From positions 1 through 60,437 of IMG/VR virus record IMGVR_UViG_3300033148_004729: a stretch of 60,437 bases of DNA, one strand, 5' to 3'. Shown here piece by piece: positions 29,871 to 38,129 of this stretch. Each line of letters begins with the position of its first letter. Positions within the stretch are counted from its first letter, which is position 1. The notes under the pieces are model-generated. The model saw only the letters and a program-made list of their open reading frames with translations, was not told where the DNA came from and did not search any database. The DNA comes from a virus (Duplodnaviria > Caudoviricetes). The translations under genes and the position numbers were made by a program.

Positions 29871-31940
29871 ATGCCGCTGAACAAAAGATGTGACAAGGAG
29901 GCGGTCAGTGACAACATTCGTCTGTGGCTCGACGAGAAGGCCGACGAGGCGAAGGCCGCAGGCAGGAGTCGTGAGGAGCTTCATCAGCAGGCCATCGCTG
30001 TGGCTCTGAGCACCCTCAAGAAGTCGTGCGGCGTTGACTACAAGGCCAAGATGACCCCGAAGGAGATCGTGGCCGCAGGGCGCAAGGAGGAGGCGTTGAC
30101 GACGAAGCCTCCGCACACCGACGTCAGCAAGTACAGCCTCAGGGTTCACGGCTTCGGCAGCGAAGACCTCTCGAAGAAAATTGAACAAGGCATCCAGAAG
30201 TCGGCCGACCTGTGCAAGATTTCGCCGCCTGTCTGTGTTGGCAACCTCGGCGTTCCGCGTTCGAAGATGCCACAGCTAGAGCCCCAGCCGGTTGTGCTGC
30301 AATTCCTTCGTGATCTCAAGAAGGAGGGCGTCAAGGTCAGCAAGGGCAAGATGCACGTCGGCAAGCTCAAGGCGACGCAGCGTGGCATCGACGTCCGTAA
30401 GGCCCTCCAGATGGCCAAGGAGTACCAGCAGGGCAAGTTCCCTCGCATCAAGGACCAGATCGTCGTTTCCAGTGATAACCATGTGCTTGATGGGCATCAT
30501 CGTTGGGCGGCGCTGGTCATTACCGACCCCAACGAGACCATGAACGTGCTGAGGGTTGGGATGCCAATGCAGGCGCTCCTTGCCAAGGCGAATTCCTACA
30601 AGGGGGCCGCTCGCAAAGGGTTTGGGGAGGAGGCTTTCGGGCTTGCTGGGCCTCCGAAGATTTTCAGTCTTGTGAGGGTCAAGCCGGCGACGGCGCAACC
30701 GAAGCGGCCGGTTCACCGCAAGGCCAGGAGTGGCTATGAGCAGCCATTCATCGACCCCGAGGACTTCACCGTTCGCGCGGTCGCGCGGTCGGGAACGGGT
30801 GTGAAGGAGGATGGGATGGGCGGGTTCTCGGACCTCATGTGTGCGATCCGCGAGGACAAGAATAAGGACCGTGATGGCGCGGTACGTCGGACTGAGTTCG
30901 ATGTTGGTGTTCCAGCAGCGGAACTGGAAGATGATGGCCGCGTTCGTCTTCGGGCCTTCATCCTCGCCAACACATCCGTGGGCCACAAGTACATGATGGC
31001 CAGTGGTGGTCAGGGTATCGTCTATGCCGACAATCGCGGCCGGGCGGTCAAGTGTGCCATCAAAGACCTCGGTGATGGTGAGCTACTTTGGTTGGCCAGG
31101 CAGAAGGGCTGGGAGCCAGAGGTGCGTGAGCCCACCGCCGACCCGGGCTATCGGAAGCCTGTCACGGAAGAGGTCGAGGAGGACTCCGAAGCCCCTTTTG
31201 ACCGTGGTGTTGAGTCTCTGGACGAGCGTCGGAAGCTCCTCAAGCCAGGAGACCGGAAGAACCTGGAGCAGAGCATTTGGAGGCGCATCGGGCACCTTCG
31301 GACACAGGGTGTTCTCGTGGTCAAACTGACGGACAAGCTTGCTGCGGTCGCAGGAATTGGTCGCAAGGGCAAGAATGTTGACCTCAAGGACGTTGCCGAC
31401 GCCATGATCATCAGACTCGCGAAGCATATGGGGGTTGGTGGGATGGTTCCGGATTTGTCCGAGGACACGGATGAGGTCTTTGACTTCATTATCGAGAATG
31501 GCATTGCTGTGCTCGATGAGCGAACGAGTCACTTTCTCGCCAGGGATTTGTCCTCGGGGATCCAGCAAGTTGTTTACGCATACGCTCAGAACGCCACCAA
31601 AGCTGACGGGGTGGATGCCAGGAAAGCTTCCGACGCTGCGACGACCATGACGCCGGTCATCATCTCCTACCTCGTGAAGTTTCTCGGGAAGAAGCCGGTG
31701 GACGACCACATCCACCTCGTGTCCATTATTTTGAGGGCGGCTCAAGAGGCAGCGAAGGACGTTCTTGGAATTTCGGGTAGGCCTGACCGTGGTGGTGCGG
31801 ATATCGTCGATATGGCCACCAGGAGGCTTGTGGACTACTCCGGTGGCAGGGCGGCCAGGATGTCCAAGCTAGCTCTCAAGAAGCTCAAGAAGGCCAGGAC
31901 GCTCAACGATGTGGGAGAGGCCTTCCAGTCTTCGGCGTAG
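29871..31940 (+). CDS. Multi-domain protein with a ParB/Srx-like domain; probable capsid-internal protein
   Basis: LKATQ..ID..K...IVVSSDNHVLDGHHRWAA; acidic linkers ending in LDE/LSE. Confidence 0.7.
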   Translation: MPLNKRCDKEAVSDNIRLWLDEKADEAKAAGRSREELHQQAIAVALSTLKKSCGVDYKAKMTPKEIVAAGRKEEALTTKPPHTDVSKYSLRVHGFGSEDLSKKIEQGIQKSADLCKISPPVCVGNLGVPRSKMPQLEPQPVVLQFLRDLKKEGVKVSKGKMHVGKLKATQRGIDVRKALQMAKEYQQGKFPRIKDQIVVSSDNHVLDGHHRWAALVITDPNETMNVLRVGMPMQALLAKANSYKGAARKGFGEEAFGLAGPPKIFSLVRVKPATAQPKRPVHRKARSGYEQPFIDPEDFTVRAVARSGTGVKEDGMGGFSDLMCAIREDKNKDRDGAVRRTEFDVGVPAAELEDDGRVRLRAFILANTSVGHKYMMASGGQGIVYADNRGRAVKCAIKDLGDGELLWLARQKGWEPEVREPTADPGYRKPVTEEVEEDSEAPFDRGVESLDERRKLLKPGDRKNLEQSIWRRIGHLRTQGVLVVKLTDKLAAVAGIGRKGKNVDLKDVADAMIIRLAKHMGVGGMVPDLSEDTDEVFDFIIENGIAVLDERTSHFLARDLSSGIQQVVYAYAQNATKADGVDARKASDAATTMTPVIISYLVKFLGKKPVDDHIHLVSIILRAAQEAAKDVLGISGRPDRGGADIVDMATRRLVDYSGGRAARMSKLALKKLKKARTLNDVGEAFQSSA

Positions 31941-31975
31941 AATGGAATGGCAGGTTCTTTTCTGGTGGTGGGGGA

Positions 31976-32854
31976 GTGGGAGATGAACCTCGGGTGCCTG
32001 ACGATAAAAAAAAGCGGAGCAGAGGTGTTGCTGTCAGGTCGACAATCTCCGACATGGATGCTGGGACAGGCGAGCGCGAGGCTTTGTTGCAAGATCCCGT
32101 TGCCAGTCCACCGCCGCAAATAGCGTCTGAGTTCACCCCGATCACCGACTTCAGGGAGCTTGGAGAGGCCGTCGGCGAAATCAAGGCTGACATCAAGACC
32201 GTCAAGGTCTCCGTCGACAAAATGGAACCCAAGCTCGACAGGGCCATCGAGGGCATCGTCAATCACCGGGCTCGTATCAAGGTTTCAGAGGCAAGGCTCA
32301 AGCGGGCTGAGGAAAAGGTCTCCTCCATCGCGGAGACCCCGCATTCGTGTTTTCAGTCCGAGACCATCGCTGATCTCAAAGAGGCCGAGAAGGCCGGGCG
32401 CAAGGAGAGGTCCGACATCTCGCAGGTCGTCGTCACGGCCAAGACGACTCTCGGGAACGTCACCGATGACGTCATCACGCTTGAGTCTGACAAACGAATA
32501 GGACGGCGCTGGATCATCGGTCTCGTGGTTGGGGTTGTGCTTGCGCTTGGTGGAGCTGCGTCCGGGATCATCATCGTCGTCTACGTCGTCCAGTCCAATG
32601 TGGATCACATGCAACAGGAGCAGACTAGGCTCCGGAACCAGATGGACGACGTTCGTATCACGGTAGCCAAGGATGGTTCCAGGGTTGAGGCTGCGGCAAG
32701 ACGTGTCGAGACGGCCGCAAAGTCTGTTGCCATGAATGGTCACGCAAAGTTGCTCATCTCTGATGATGTGTGGTGCGATCTTTCTCATCGCGAGCGCAAC
32801 AAGCTGAAGCGGCGTTATCCTTCTGATAGACTCCCCAGCAGGAGGTGCCCATGA
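31976..32854 (+). CDS. Coiled-coil membrane protein (possibly lysis-related)
   Basis: Heptad repeats and one long TM segment WIIGLVVGVVLALGGAASGIIIVVYVV. Confidence 0.6.
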   Translation: MGDEPRVPDDKKKRSRGVAVRSTISDMDAGTGEREALLQDPVASPPPQIASEFTPITDFRELGEAVGEIKADIKTVKVSVDKMEPKLDRAIEGIVNHRARIKVSEARLKRAEEKVSSIAETPHSCFQSETIADLKEAEKAGRKERSDISQVVVTAKTTLGNVTDDVITLESDKRIGRRWIIGLVVGVVLALGGAASGIIIVVYVVQSNVDHMQQEQTRLRNQMDDVRITVAKDGSRVEAAARRVETAAKSVAMNGHAKLLISDDVWCDLSHRERNKLKRRYPSDRLPSRRCP

Positions 32855-33027
32855 AGTGCCCGAAGTGCCAAAGCCAAAATTTGCTGGTTGAAGGCCTTGG
32901 TAACGGGGAGAAGAGGCTGACGTGCCAATCGTGCGGATTCAGCCAGATTACCGACAACGAAGGCCGCAAGCTCCTCACTGAAGTTCCGCAGACCGACCAG
33001 AGGCGGCTTCTGACTGAGGCCAGGTAG
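32851..33027 (+). CDS. Zn-ribbon protein
   Basis: CPKC...CQSCG; SD GGAGG. Confidence 0.7.
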   Translation: MKCPKCQSQNLLVEGLGNGEKRLTCQSCGFSQITDNEGRKLLTEVPQTDQRRLLTEAR

Positions 33028-33036
33028 GGGGTTGTC

Positions 33037-33363
33037 GTGGGGGTCGTCTGGCGTTTCATCAAGCGATGGTGGTGGACCTTCCTCGTAGGGGCTGCTGCTA
33101 TTGGTGGTGTGGTCCTGCTCATCCTGCTGCCGAAGAAGGACGAAACGACGCCGATGCCTGGCGAACCGCCAAGGCGCACCTTCAAGGAGAGGGCCGAGGT
33201 GGAGGTCGAGCGCGTCCGGTTGGAGGGTGAGGTCGAGAAGGCCAAAGCCACGGCCACGGCCGATGTCCAGCGGGTTGAGCTTGATGTCATTGAGGAAGTA
33301 GGCAAAGAAGATCCTGTCGAAGGTCGTCGGCAGATTGCTGCATGGATGGCCAGGAACCTTTGA
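33037..33363 (+). CDS. i-spanin-like protein
   Basis: N-terminal TM segment followed by a charged helical region. Confidence 0.5.
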   Translation: MGVVWRFIKRWWWTFLVGAAAIGGVVLLILLPKKDETTPMPGEPPRRTFKERAEVEVERVRLEGEVEKAKATATADVQRVELDVIEEVGKEDPVEGRRQIAAWMARNL

Positions 33364-34418
33364 TGGCCTTGCCGCTTTCCAAGCAGAACCTCGCGAAGGT
33401 CTTCAAGGAGCTGGATGAGGTCGCGGTAGCCGTGATGGTTGTCGGCACACGGCGGCCGAAGCTCATGCAGCTTGCCCGGATAGTGCTTCCGGTCAGGGAT
33501 GCGCTCGTGGGTACTCGTCCCGAGGTTCGCAAGATTCGTGATGACCTCACCCGGGCTATGCACAACACCCGGCGGTCTCCTCTTCGGCAGCGGCCGGCGT
33601 CGAAGGCCATCAAGGCACTCGCGGCCGAAGTCAAGAAGGTCCGGAAGCTCGTCGATGGAAAGCTTGGGGATGTTCCGTCTTCTTTCAAGGTGTCTAGGCT
33701 GACGGCTATCAATACATGGGGCTACTCGGAGCGAGAGGCCAGGCCATTCCTCGACCGGCTCGACAGGGCCTTGAAAAAAGCCAAGGCCCTTGGTCTCGAC
33801 AAGCAGGTGGTCTATGGGGAGGTCATTCTTGACCCTGACGAGGCCGGAAGCAGGGCTCTCTACTATGATCCTCACGGCGACCGGCTGATTGGCAATCCGT
33901 CGAAGGCGACGAATCGAGACTCTGAGATCGGCGAGGCCCTCGCGGCTCGTGTTTGGTTGGCGACCTTTGGCTCTGAGGAGCACACCGAGTTTGGTGGCAT
34001 CCGGGCTGGATTCGATCCATTCGTTCGATTGTTCACGGACATGCTGAACGGCAAGAAGCTCGACCGTGGTCACGCGACCATCATGGCGACGACGACCGGC
34101 GTGAGGCACGCGGCAATTTCTGAGGACACCATTCCCAAAGAGCCTCGACCGAAGGGTGTGGTGAAGCTCACACCGATCTCCATCGAGAGAGCTATCGAGG
34201 CCATCAGGGAGGGCCGCGGGCGCACGCTTCACGGGTACTACATCAGGGTTGGAAGCATGAGCCACGCCAGTGGGCCTGGCTTCGTCACGCTCAAGCCGAC
34301 TGGGGAGAAGGGGCCCGGGGTCACCTTCTACAGCCTCGGCCACAAGACGGCAGCGAGACGGGCTGCGAGGTTCGTCTACAATGCCGCCAAGCAGAAGGGC
34401 AGGGAGGAGGCAGTATGA
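33363..34418 (+). CDS. Hypothetical basic protein
   Basis: 351-aa ORF with TGATG overlap. Confidence 0.6.
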   Translation: MALPLSKQNLAKVFKELDEVAVAVMVVGTRRPKLMQLARIVLPVRDALVGTRPEVRKIRDDLTRAMHNTRRSPLRQRPASKAIKALAAEVKKVRKLVDGKLGDVPSSFKVSRLTAINTWGYSEREARPFLDRLDRALKKAKALGLDKQVVYGEVILDPDEAGSRALYYDPHGDRLIGNPSKATNRDSEIGEALAARVWLATFGSEEHTEFGGIRAGFDPFVRLFTDMLNGKKLDRGHATIMATTTGVRHAAISEDTIPKEPRPKGVVKLTPISIERAIEAIREGRGRTLHGYYIRVGSMSHASGPGFVTLKPTGEKGPGVTFYSLGHKTAARRAARFVYNAAKQKGREEAV

Positions 34419-34963
34419 AGCGTCTCATGGGGGTTTTGGCTCTTGGGGTAGTGTTCCTGTTTTCGATGGCGGCTCTTGGTGAACCGTGCCCGCCGGTCGA
34501 CATCAATCTCTCCGTCGCGGACCAGGCCCAGGAGTGGTGGATGGTCCTGCTCGACTTCCTGCTTCAGCTTGTCACCCCAATCGCCATTGCTGTGCTGACC
34601 ACCTTGGCTGGCATCGCCGTGCGGAAGTGGGGACACAAGCTGGACCATGAGAAGCAGGAGTCCTTGGTTCGCTTGACGGACAGCCTGATCACTTCTGGCG
34701 TGGCGTTCGCTGAGGAGCAAGGGCGCAAGGCCCTGAGGGTGGACAAGGTGAAGACGGAGGGGGTGGACAAACTCGTGATTGCAACTGATTTTGTTGCACA
34801 ACAGCTCTCCTCGTCTGGTCTGCCCGGGATTGTGGAGTACGAACTGGTGAAGCTCATCGAGGCCAAGCTCCAGACAGAGCGGGCTCGACCAGACGGAGCT
34901 ATCCGGGGCGATGGAGACAGTGAGTTCAAGCTGCCCGATGAAGAGAAGGAATCCAAGGAGTAG
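34415..34963 (+). CDS. Holin, LL-H-like
   Basis: TM segments followed by GVAFAEE...G.DKL..A..FV...L...G......L..LIEA.L. Confidence 0.7.
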   Translation: MKRLMGVLALGVVFLFSMAALGEPCPPVDINLSVADQAQEWWMVLLDFLLQLVTPIAIAVLTTLAGIAVRKWGHKLDHEKQESLVRLTDSLITSGVAFAEEQGRKALRVDKVKTEGVDKLVIATDFVAQQLSSSGLPGIVEYELVKLIEAKLQTERARPDGAIRGDGDSEFKLPDEEKESKE

Positions 34964-35057
34964 ATCGGACCTCTACCTCGCGCGCTTGTGTGTGTGGTAA
35001 GGTAGCGTCGCATCGTTCGGGGAACAGGTCCCGGAGTGTGAAGAGGAGAACGAAGCC

Positions 35058-35312
35058 ATGATCATGACCATCACGGAAACCGCCGGAGTGGCCCTCGACA
35101 TCGAGTTTCGGGGCTGTATTCCCGCAACCACCATCGCCATCGCTGGAAACGCCACGTTCGGTGTCTCCATGGCGGATCTGTTCGCTCAGGCGGACGCTGG
35201 CAACCCGGCGTGGAAGTACCTCGACACGCTGGTGAAGAAGGGCCAGGCAACCATCGCGTTCGCCGCTGACGCCGACGACGTGAACGTCCTCGACGAGGCG
35301 AACGAGGTCTAG
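35058..35312 (+). CDS. Small acidic protein (possible virion decoration protein)
   Basis: Strong SD, biased codon usage, flanked by structured RNA elements. Confidence 0.6.
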   Translation: MIMTITETAGVALDIEFRGCIPATTIAIAGNATFGVSMADLFAQADAGNPAWKYLDTLVKKGQATIAFAADADDVNVLDEANEV

Positions 35313-35403
35313 TCCTCTACCGGCGTCTGAATCTTCCTTCCGCACCGTAGGCGCCGGGGCACTCCTCCGGTGCTCTGCGGTGTGGCGCGTCCGGAGGTGG
35401 CCT

Positions 35404-36420
35404 GTGCCCGAGAGTCTCATCGAAGTCGAGGCAGATCTCATTCTGCATCTTTCAGAGGACGTGCTGTCTTGCGTCTCTGATGGTGAGTTCACCGAGGAGG
35501 CCATCGAAGATGTCTTCGTCGCCATGATGGAGACGTACGAGATTTCTCCAGAGGAACTCGAAGAGGTCATCGAGGAGTTCGTTGATGAGGACGTCGGACC
35601 GGACGCGATTGTCGAGGTCGTTGAGGAGGACATTCTCGATGAGCGGAAAGTTCTCAAAAAGTCCAAGCGCAAGATTCCTGGGGCTGACGACCCAGAACTC
35701 GATGAACCTGTAGAGCCCAAGCCCAAGCCAAAAAAGAAGATCAAGGTCAAGCGGAAGCTCCGTGGGGACGAGCCCGAGCCCGAGCCCGAGCCCGATCCGA
35801 AGCTCAAGGCGGCCGAGAAGGAGCCTGGCGAGGATCCCAAGAAGGAGCCCGAGGACAAGAAGGAAGGCGGCTTGATGCAGATGCTCAAGCATGCCCTCAT
35901 CGGTGCTGTGAAGAAGATGTACAAGCAGCCCGACAAGGCTGGCGAGATCGTCAAACGCGGTCTCAAGCGGGCCGGCAAGAAGGCTGTCAAGCACCTCGCC
36001 CGCAAGGGCATGAAGATGGTCTTCGGCAAGTGGATCAAAACGGGCAAGGGCGGTGCGAAGAAGCCCGAGCCTCCGAAGAAGCCCGTGACCCCTCAGCAGA
36101 AGGCGAAGAAGGAAGAGCCGGGAGCAGACAAGAAGGAGGAGTCGGTTGGTCTCGCCGAGGAGGTCCGCGGCATCCTTGACGAGGGGCGGCGAAGCGCCTC
36201 GGTCCAGGCGAAGAAGGATTTTGTTCGGCAGGCTCAAGAGCGGCAGGGCGTGGTCCGGATGCCGCGCATCAACAAGGACGAGTATCCTACCATCAAGGGG
36301 TTGGAGGGGCCGTTCCAGTTTCGTGGTGGGCGCATCTTGTACTACGATCCTCGCAAGGGTCGGTACTACGACAGGAAGACGGATATGTACCTGTCGCGTG
36401 GTGAGAACCTTGGGAGGTAG
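35404..36420 (+). CDS. Acidic/Lys-rich probable prohead core or internal protein
   Basis: Very acidic N-terminus, Lys/Pro-rich middle, C-terminal GLEGPF.F..GR.LYYDP..G.YYD...D.YL module that I recognise from T4-like phage proteins. Confidence 0.6.
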   Translation: MPESLIEVEADLILHLSEDVLSCVSDGEFTEEAIEDVFVAMMETYEISPEELEEVIEEFVDEDVGPDAIVEVVEEDILDERKVLKKSKRKIPGADDPELDEPVEPKPKPKKKIKVKRKLRGDEPEPEPEPDPKLKAAEKEPGEDPKKEPEDKKEGGLMQMLKHALIGAVKKMYKQPDKAGEIVKRGLKRAGKKAVKHLARKGMKMVFGKWIKTGKGGAKKPEPPKKPVTPQQKAKKEEPGADKKEESVGLAEEVRGILDEGRRSASVQAKKDFVRQAQERQGVVRMPRINKDEYPTIKGLEGPFQFRGGRILYYDPRKGRYYDRKTDMYLSRGENLGR

Positions 36421-36422
36421 AG

Positions 36423-36701
36423 ATGGGACTGTCGCAAGAGCTTCGAGAGTCGATGGGTGATCTGACCGAGAGGGAGGTCATCGGCATGACCTTCCAGGCG
36501 ATAGATGCGGAGTTGCACAACGTCAAGCTCCATGTGGACAGAGCCAGGAAGGCCAATGACAGGATGAAGGCGCGAGACCCCTCGATGCCCAAGACGCACG
36601 CCGAGTATTTGCCGAAGGCCATCCAACGAGACCTCTCGACGGCCGAAACGCACGCCGAGTACCTGCTGAAGACCATCCGGAAGGTCATGAAGTTTAGATG
36701 A
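36423..36701 (+). CDS. Putative capsid-internal protein
   Basis: Leader MGLSQELRESMGDLTE. Confidence 0.55.
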   Translation: MGLSQELRESMGDLTEREVIGMTFQAIDAELHNVKLHVDRARKANDRMKARDPSMPKTHAEYLPKAIQRDLSTAETHAEYLLKTIRKVMKFR

Positions 36702-37207
36702 GGGCTCTCCTCTCCGTCGTGGCTGTCGTTTTCCTCGTGGCTTGTGGGGCTGCGACAGCCGAGGAGAGGGCCGAGCGCACCCTTCCTGACCCTCTGTTCA
36801 CCCAGGAGCTTCCGGACCCACCTGAGGAGGTTCCTCCGGACAAGCGAATGTCAACGCCGGCTGAGGCTTGTGTCGTCGAGGGTTCCGACCCGCCGCAGAA
36901 GCTCCCTCCAGGTATTCTCATCAGCCAGGAGATGGGGCTTCGGGCGGCGAGGACCAAGGTTGCGTACGACGAGATCCGGAGTCTCTACAAGACCGACCTG
37001 GCGACCATGGACCGAGAGCGTGGCGTCTACGAGAAGCACCTCGAAGCGGCCGACACGGAGATCACCGTCTGGCGGGAACGGTCGAGGCGCACCTGGCTGG
37101 AGAGAAACGGTGGTCTTCTTGGTCTTGGCTTGGGTTTCGTTGTTGGGGCAGCGATCACGGTGGCCATCGTTGCGGCTGTAGAAGGCACTACTGAGGGCAT
37201 CCGATGA
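36698..37207 (+). CDS. Lipoprotein, spanin-like
   Basis: Lipobox LVA-C, Pro-rich linker, coiled coil, C-terminal TM segment. Confidence 0.6.
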   Translation: MRALLSVVAVVFLVACGAATAEERAERTLPDPLFTQELPDPPEEVPPDKRMSTPAEACVVEGSDPPQKLPPGILISQEMGLRAARTKVAYDEIRSLYKTDLATMDRERGVYEKHLEAADTEITVWRERSRRTWLERNGGLLGLGLGFVVGAAITVAIVAAVEGTTEGIR

Positions 37208-37524
37208 GGGAAGCAGAGGCGGTTGCTGGTCTCGAAGAGGCTTGCGACTTCGAGGAACAGCTCAAGGAGCGGTTTGATGTTGTGGCCGCTCAGACCGGGC
37301 TTCGCTCTGGTTTTGTTGATGCGCCACTGGCCATTCGGGCGTTGGAGCAGATGATTTTTGGTGCGAAGAAGGAAGAGGCCTATCTCAAGCGGCTCGTCAA
37401 GACCGGCGTTGGTACGGTGTGGGGTGGTCAGGGTGAGAGCAAAGTAACGAAGACATGGGTTATCGCAAGGGACTACCTCCGATCCCTCGAAGACCTGTAT
37501 GCTCTGGCTCAAGCAAAGGTGTGA
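37204..37524 (+). CDS. Hypothetical protein
   Basis: ATGA overlap with the upstream gene. Confidence 0.55.
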   Translation: MREAEAVAGLEEACDFEEQLKERFDVVAAQTGLRSGFVDAPLAIRALEQMIFGAKKEEAYLKRLVKTGVGTVWGGQGESKVTKTWVIARDYLRSLEDLYALAQAKV

Positions 37525-37536
37525 GAGGAGAGGACA

Positions 37537-38124
37537 ATGGGCGGATTGGCGAAGCAGCTTCGTAGCATCCTGAGCGAGGGACAAGAGATTGACGACGATG
37601 AGCTTGTGGAGCGTCTCGCTTCGCTCAACCTCAAGCTGTCTGGTCCGCTCGCCAAGATGCCTTCCTACCTGAAGGTCATCAACGACGAGTTGGGGCAGGC
37701 CGACTACTCTCTTCAGCTTCTTGCCAAGGGCGAGAAGTACGCGCCGCAGAAGGGCAATCTCATCGCGGCCCTCAGGAAGATCCAGCAGACGACGCGCGTG
37801 GCGCTCAGGCGCGTCGAGAAGGTCGAGAGCATCGAGGACGATGGCGACCTACTCGACGAATCAGCCATCGCTGGTTTGACCAACGCGCAGCGTCGTGCGT
37901 TGCCGAATGGGTTCGATCTGGCTGTGTTCATCGAGAACGCAGAGCATGATTTGAACCAGATACGTTCTGGTCTTCAAGGTTTCGTGAAGGTACAGGAGGG
38001 GGATGCTCGTAGTCGTTGGAAGCTCGCCGGACGTGTCATGAGTGGGCTTGCTTCTCTCCAGGGGGAATCGAAGCGGTACTACAACAAGGTGGGTCACAGC
38101 TTCGATAAGATGCCGAAGGAGTAG
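37537..38124 (+). CDS. Putative capsid-internal protein
   Basis: Leader MGGLAKQLRSILSE; internal LLDE. Confidence 0.55.
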   Translation: MGGLAKQLRSILSEGQEIDDDELVERLASLNLKLSGPLAKMPSYLKVINDELGQADYSLQLLAKGEKYAPQKGNLIAALRKIQQTTRVALRRVEKVESIEDDGDLLDESAIAGLTNAQRRALPNGFDLAVFIENAEHDLNQIRSGLQGFVKVQEGDARSRWKLAGRVMSGLASLQGESKRYYNKVGHSFDKMPKE

Positions 38125-38129
38125 AGGTC

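Noticed and set aside
35310-35385. Stop-codon readthrough or HDV-like ribozyme at the pseudoknot
   Set aside because: The readthrough frame hits TGA after five codons; there is no P3/L3 or catalytic J4/2 as HDV-like folds require
35770-35793. GAGCCC tandem repeat
   Set aside because: An in-frame Glu-Pro linker; not a CRISPR array or phase-variable tract
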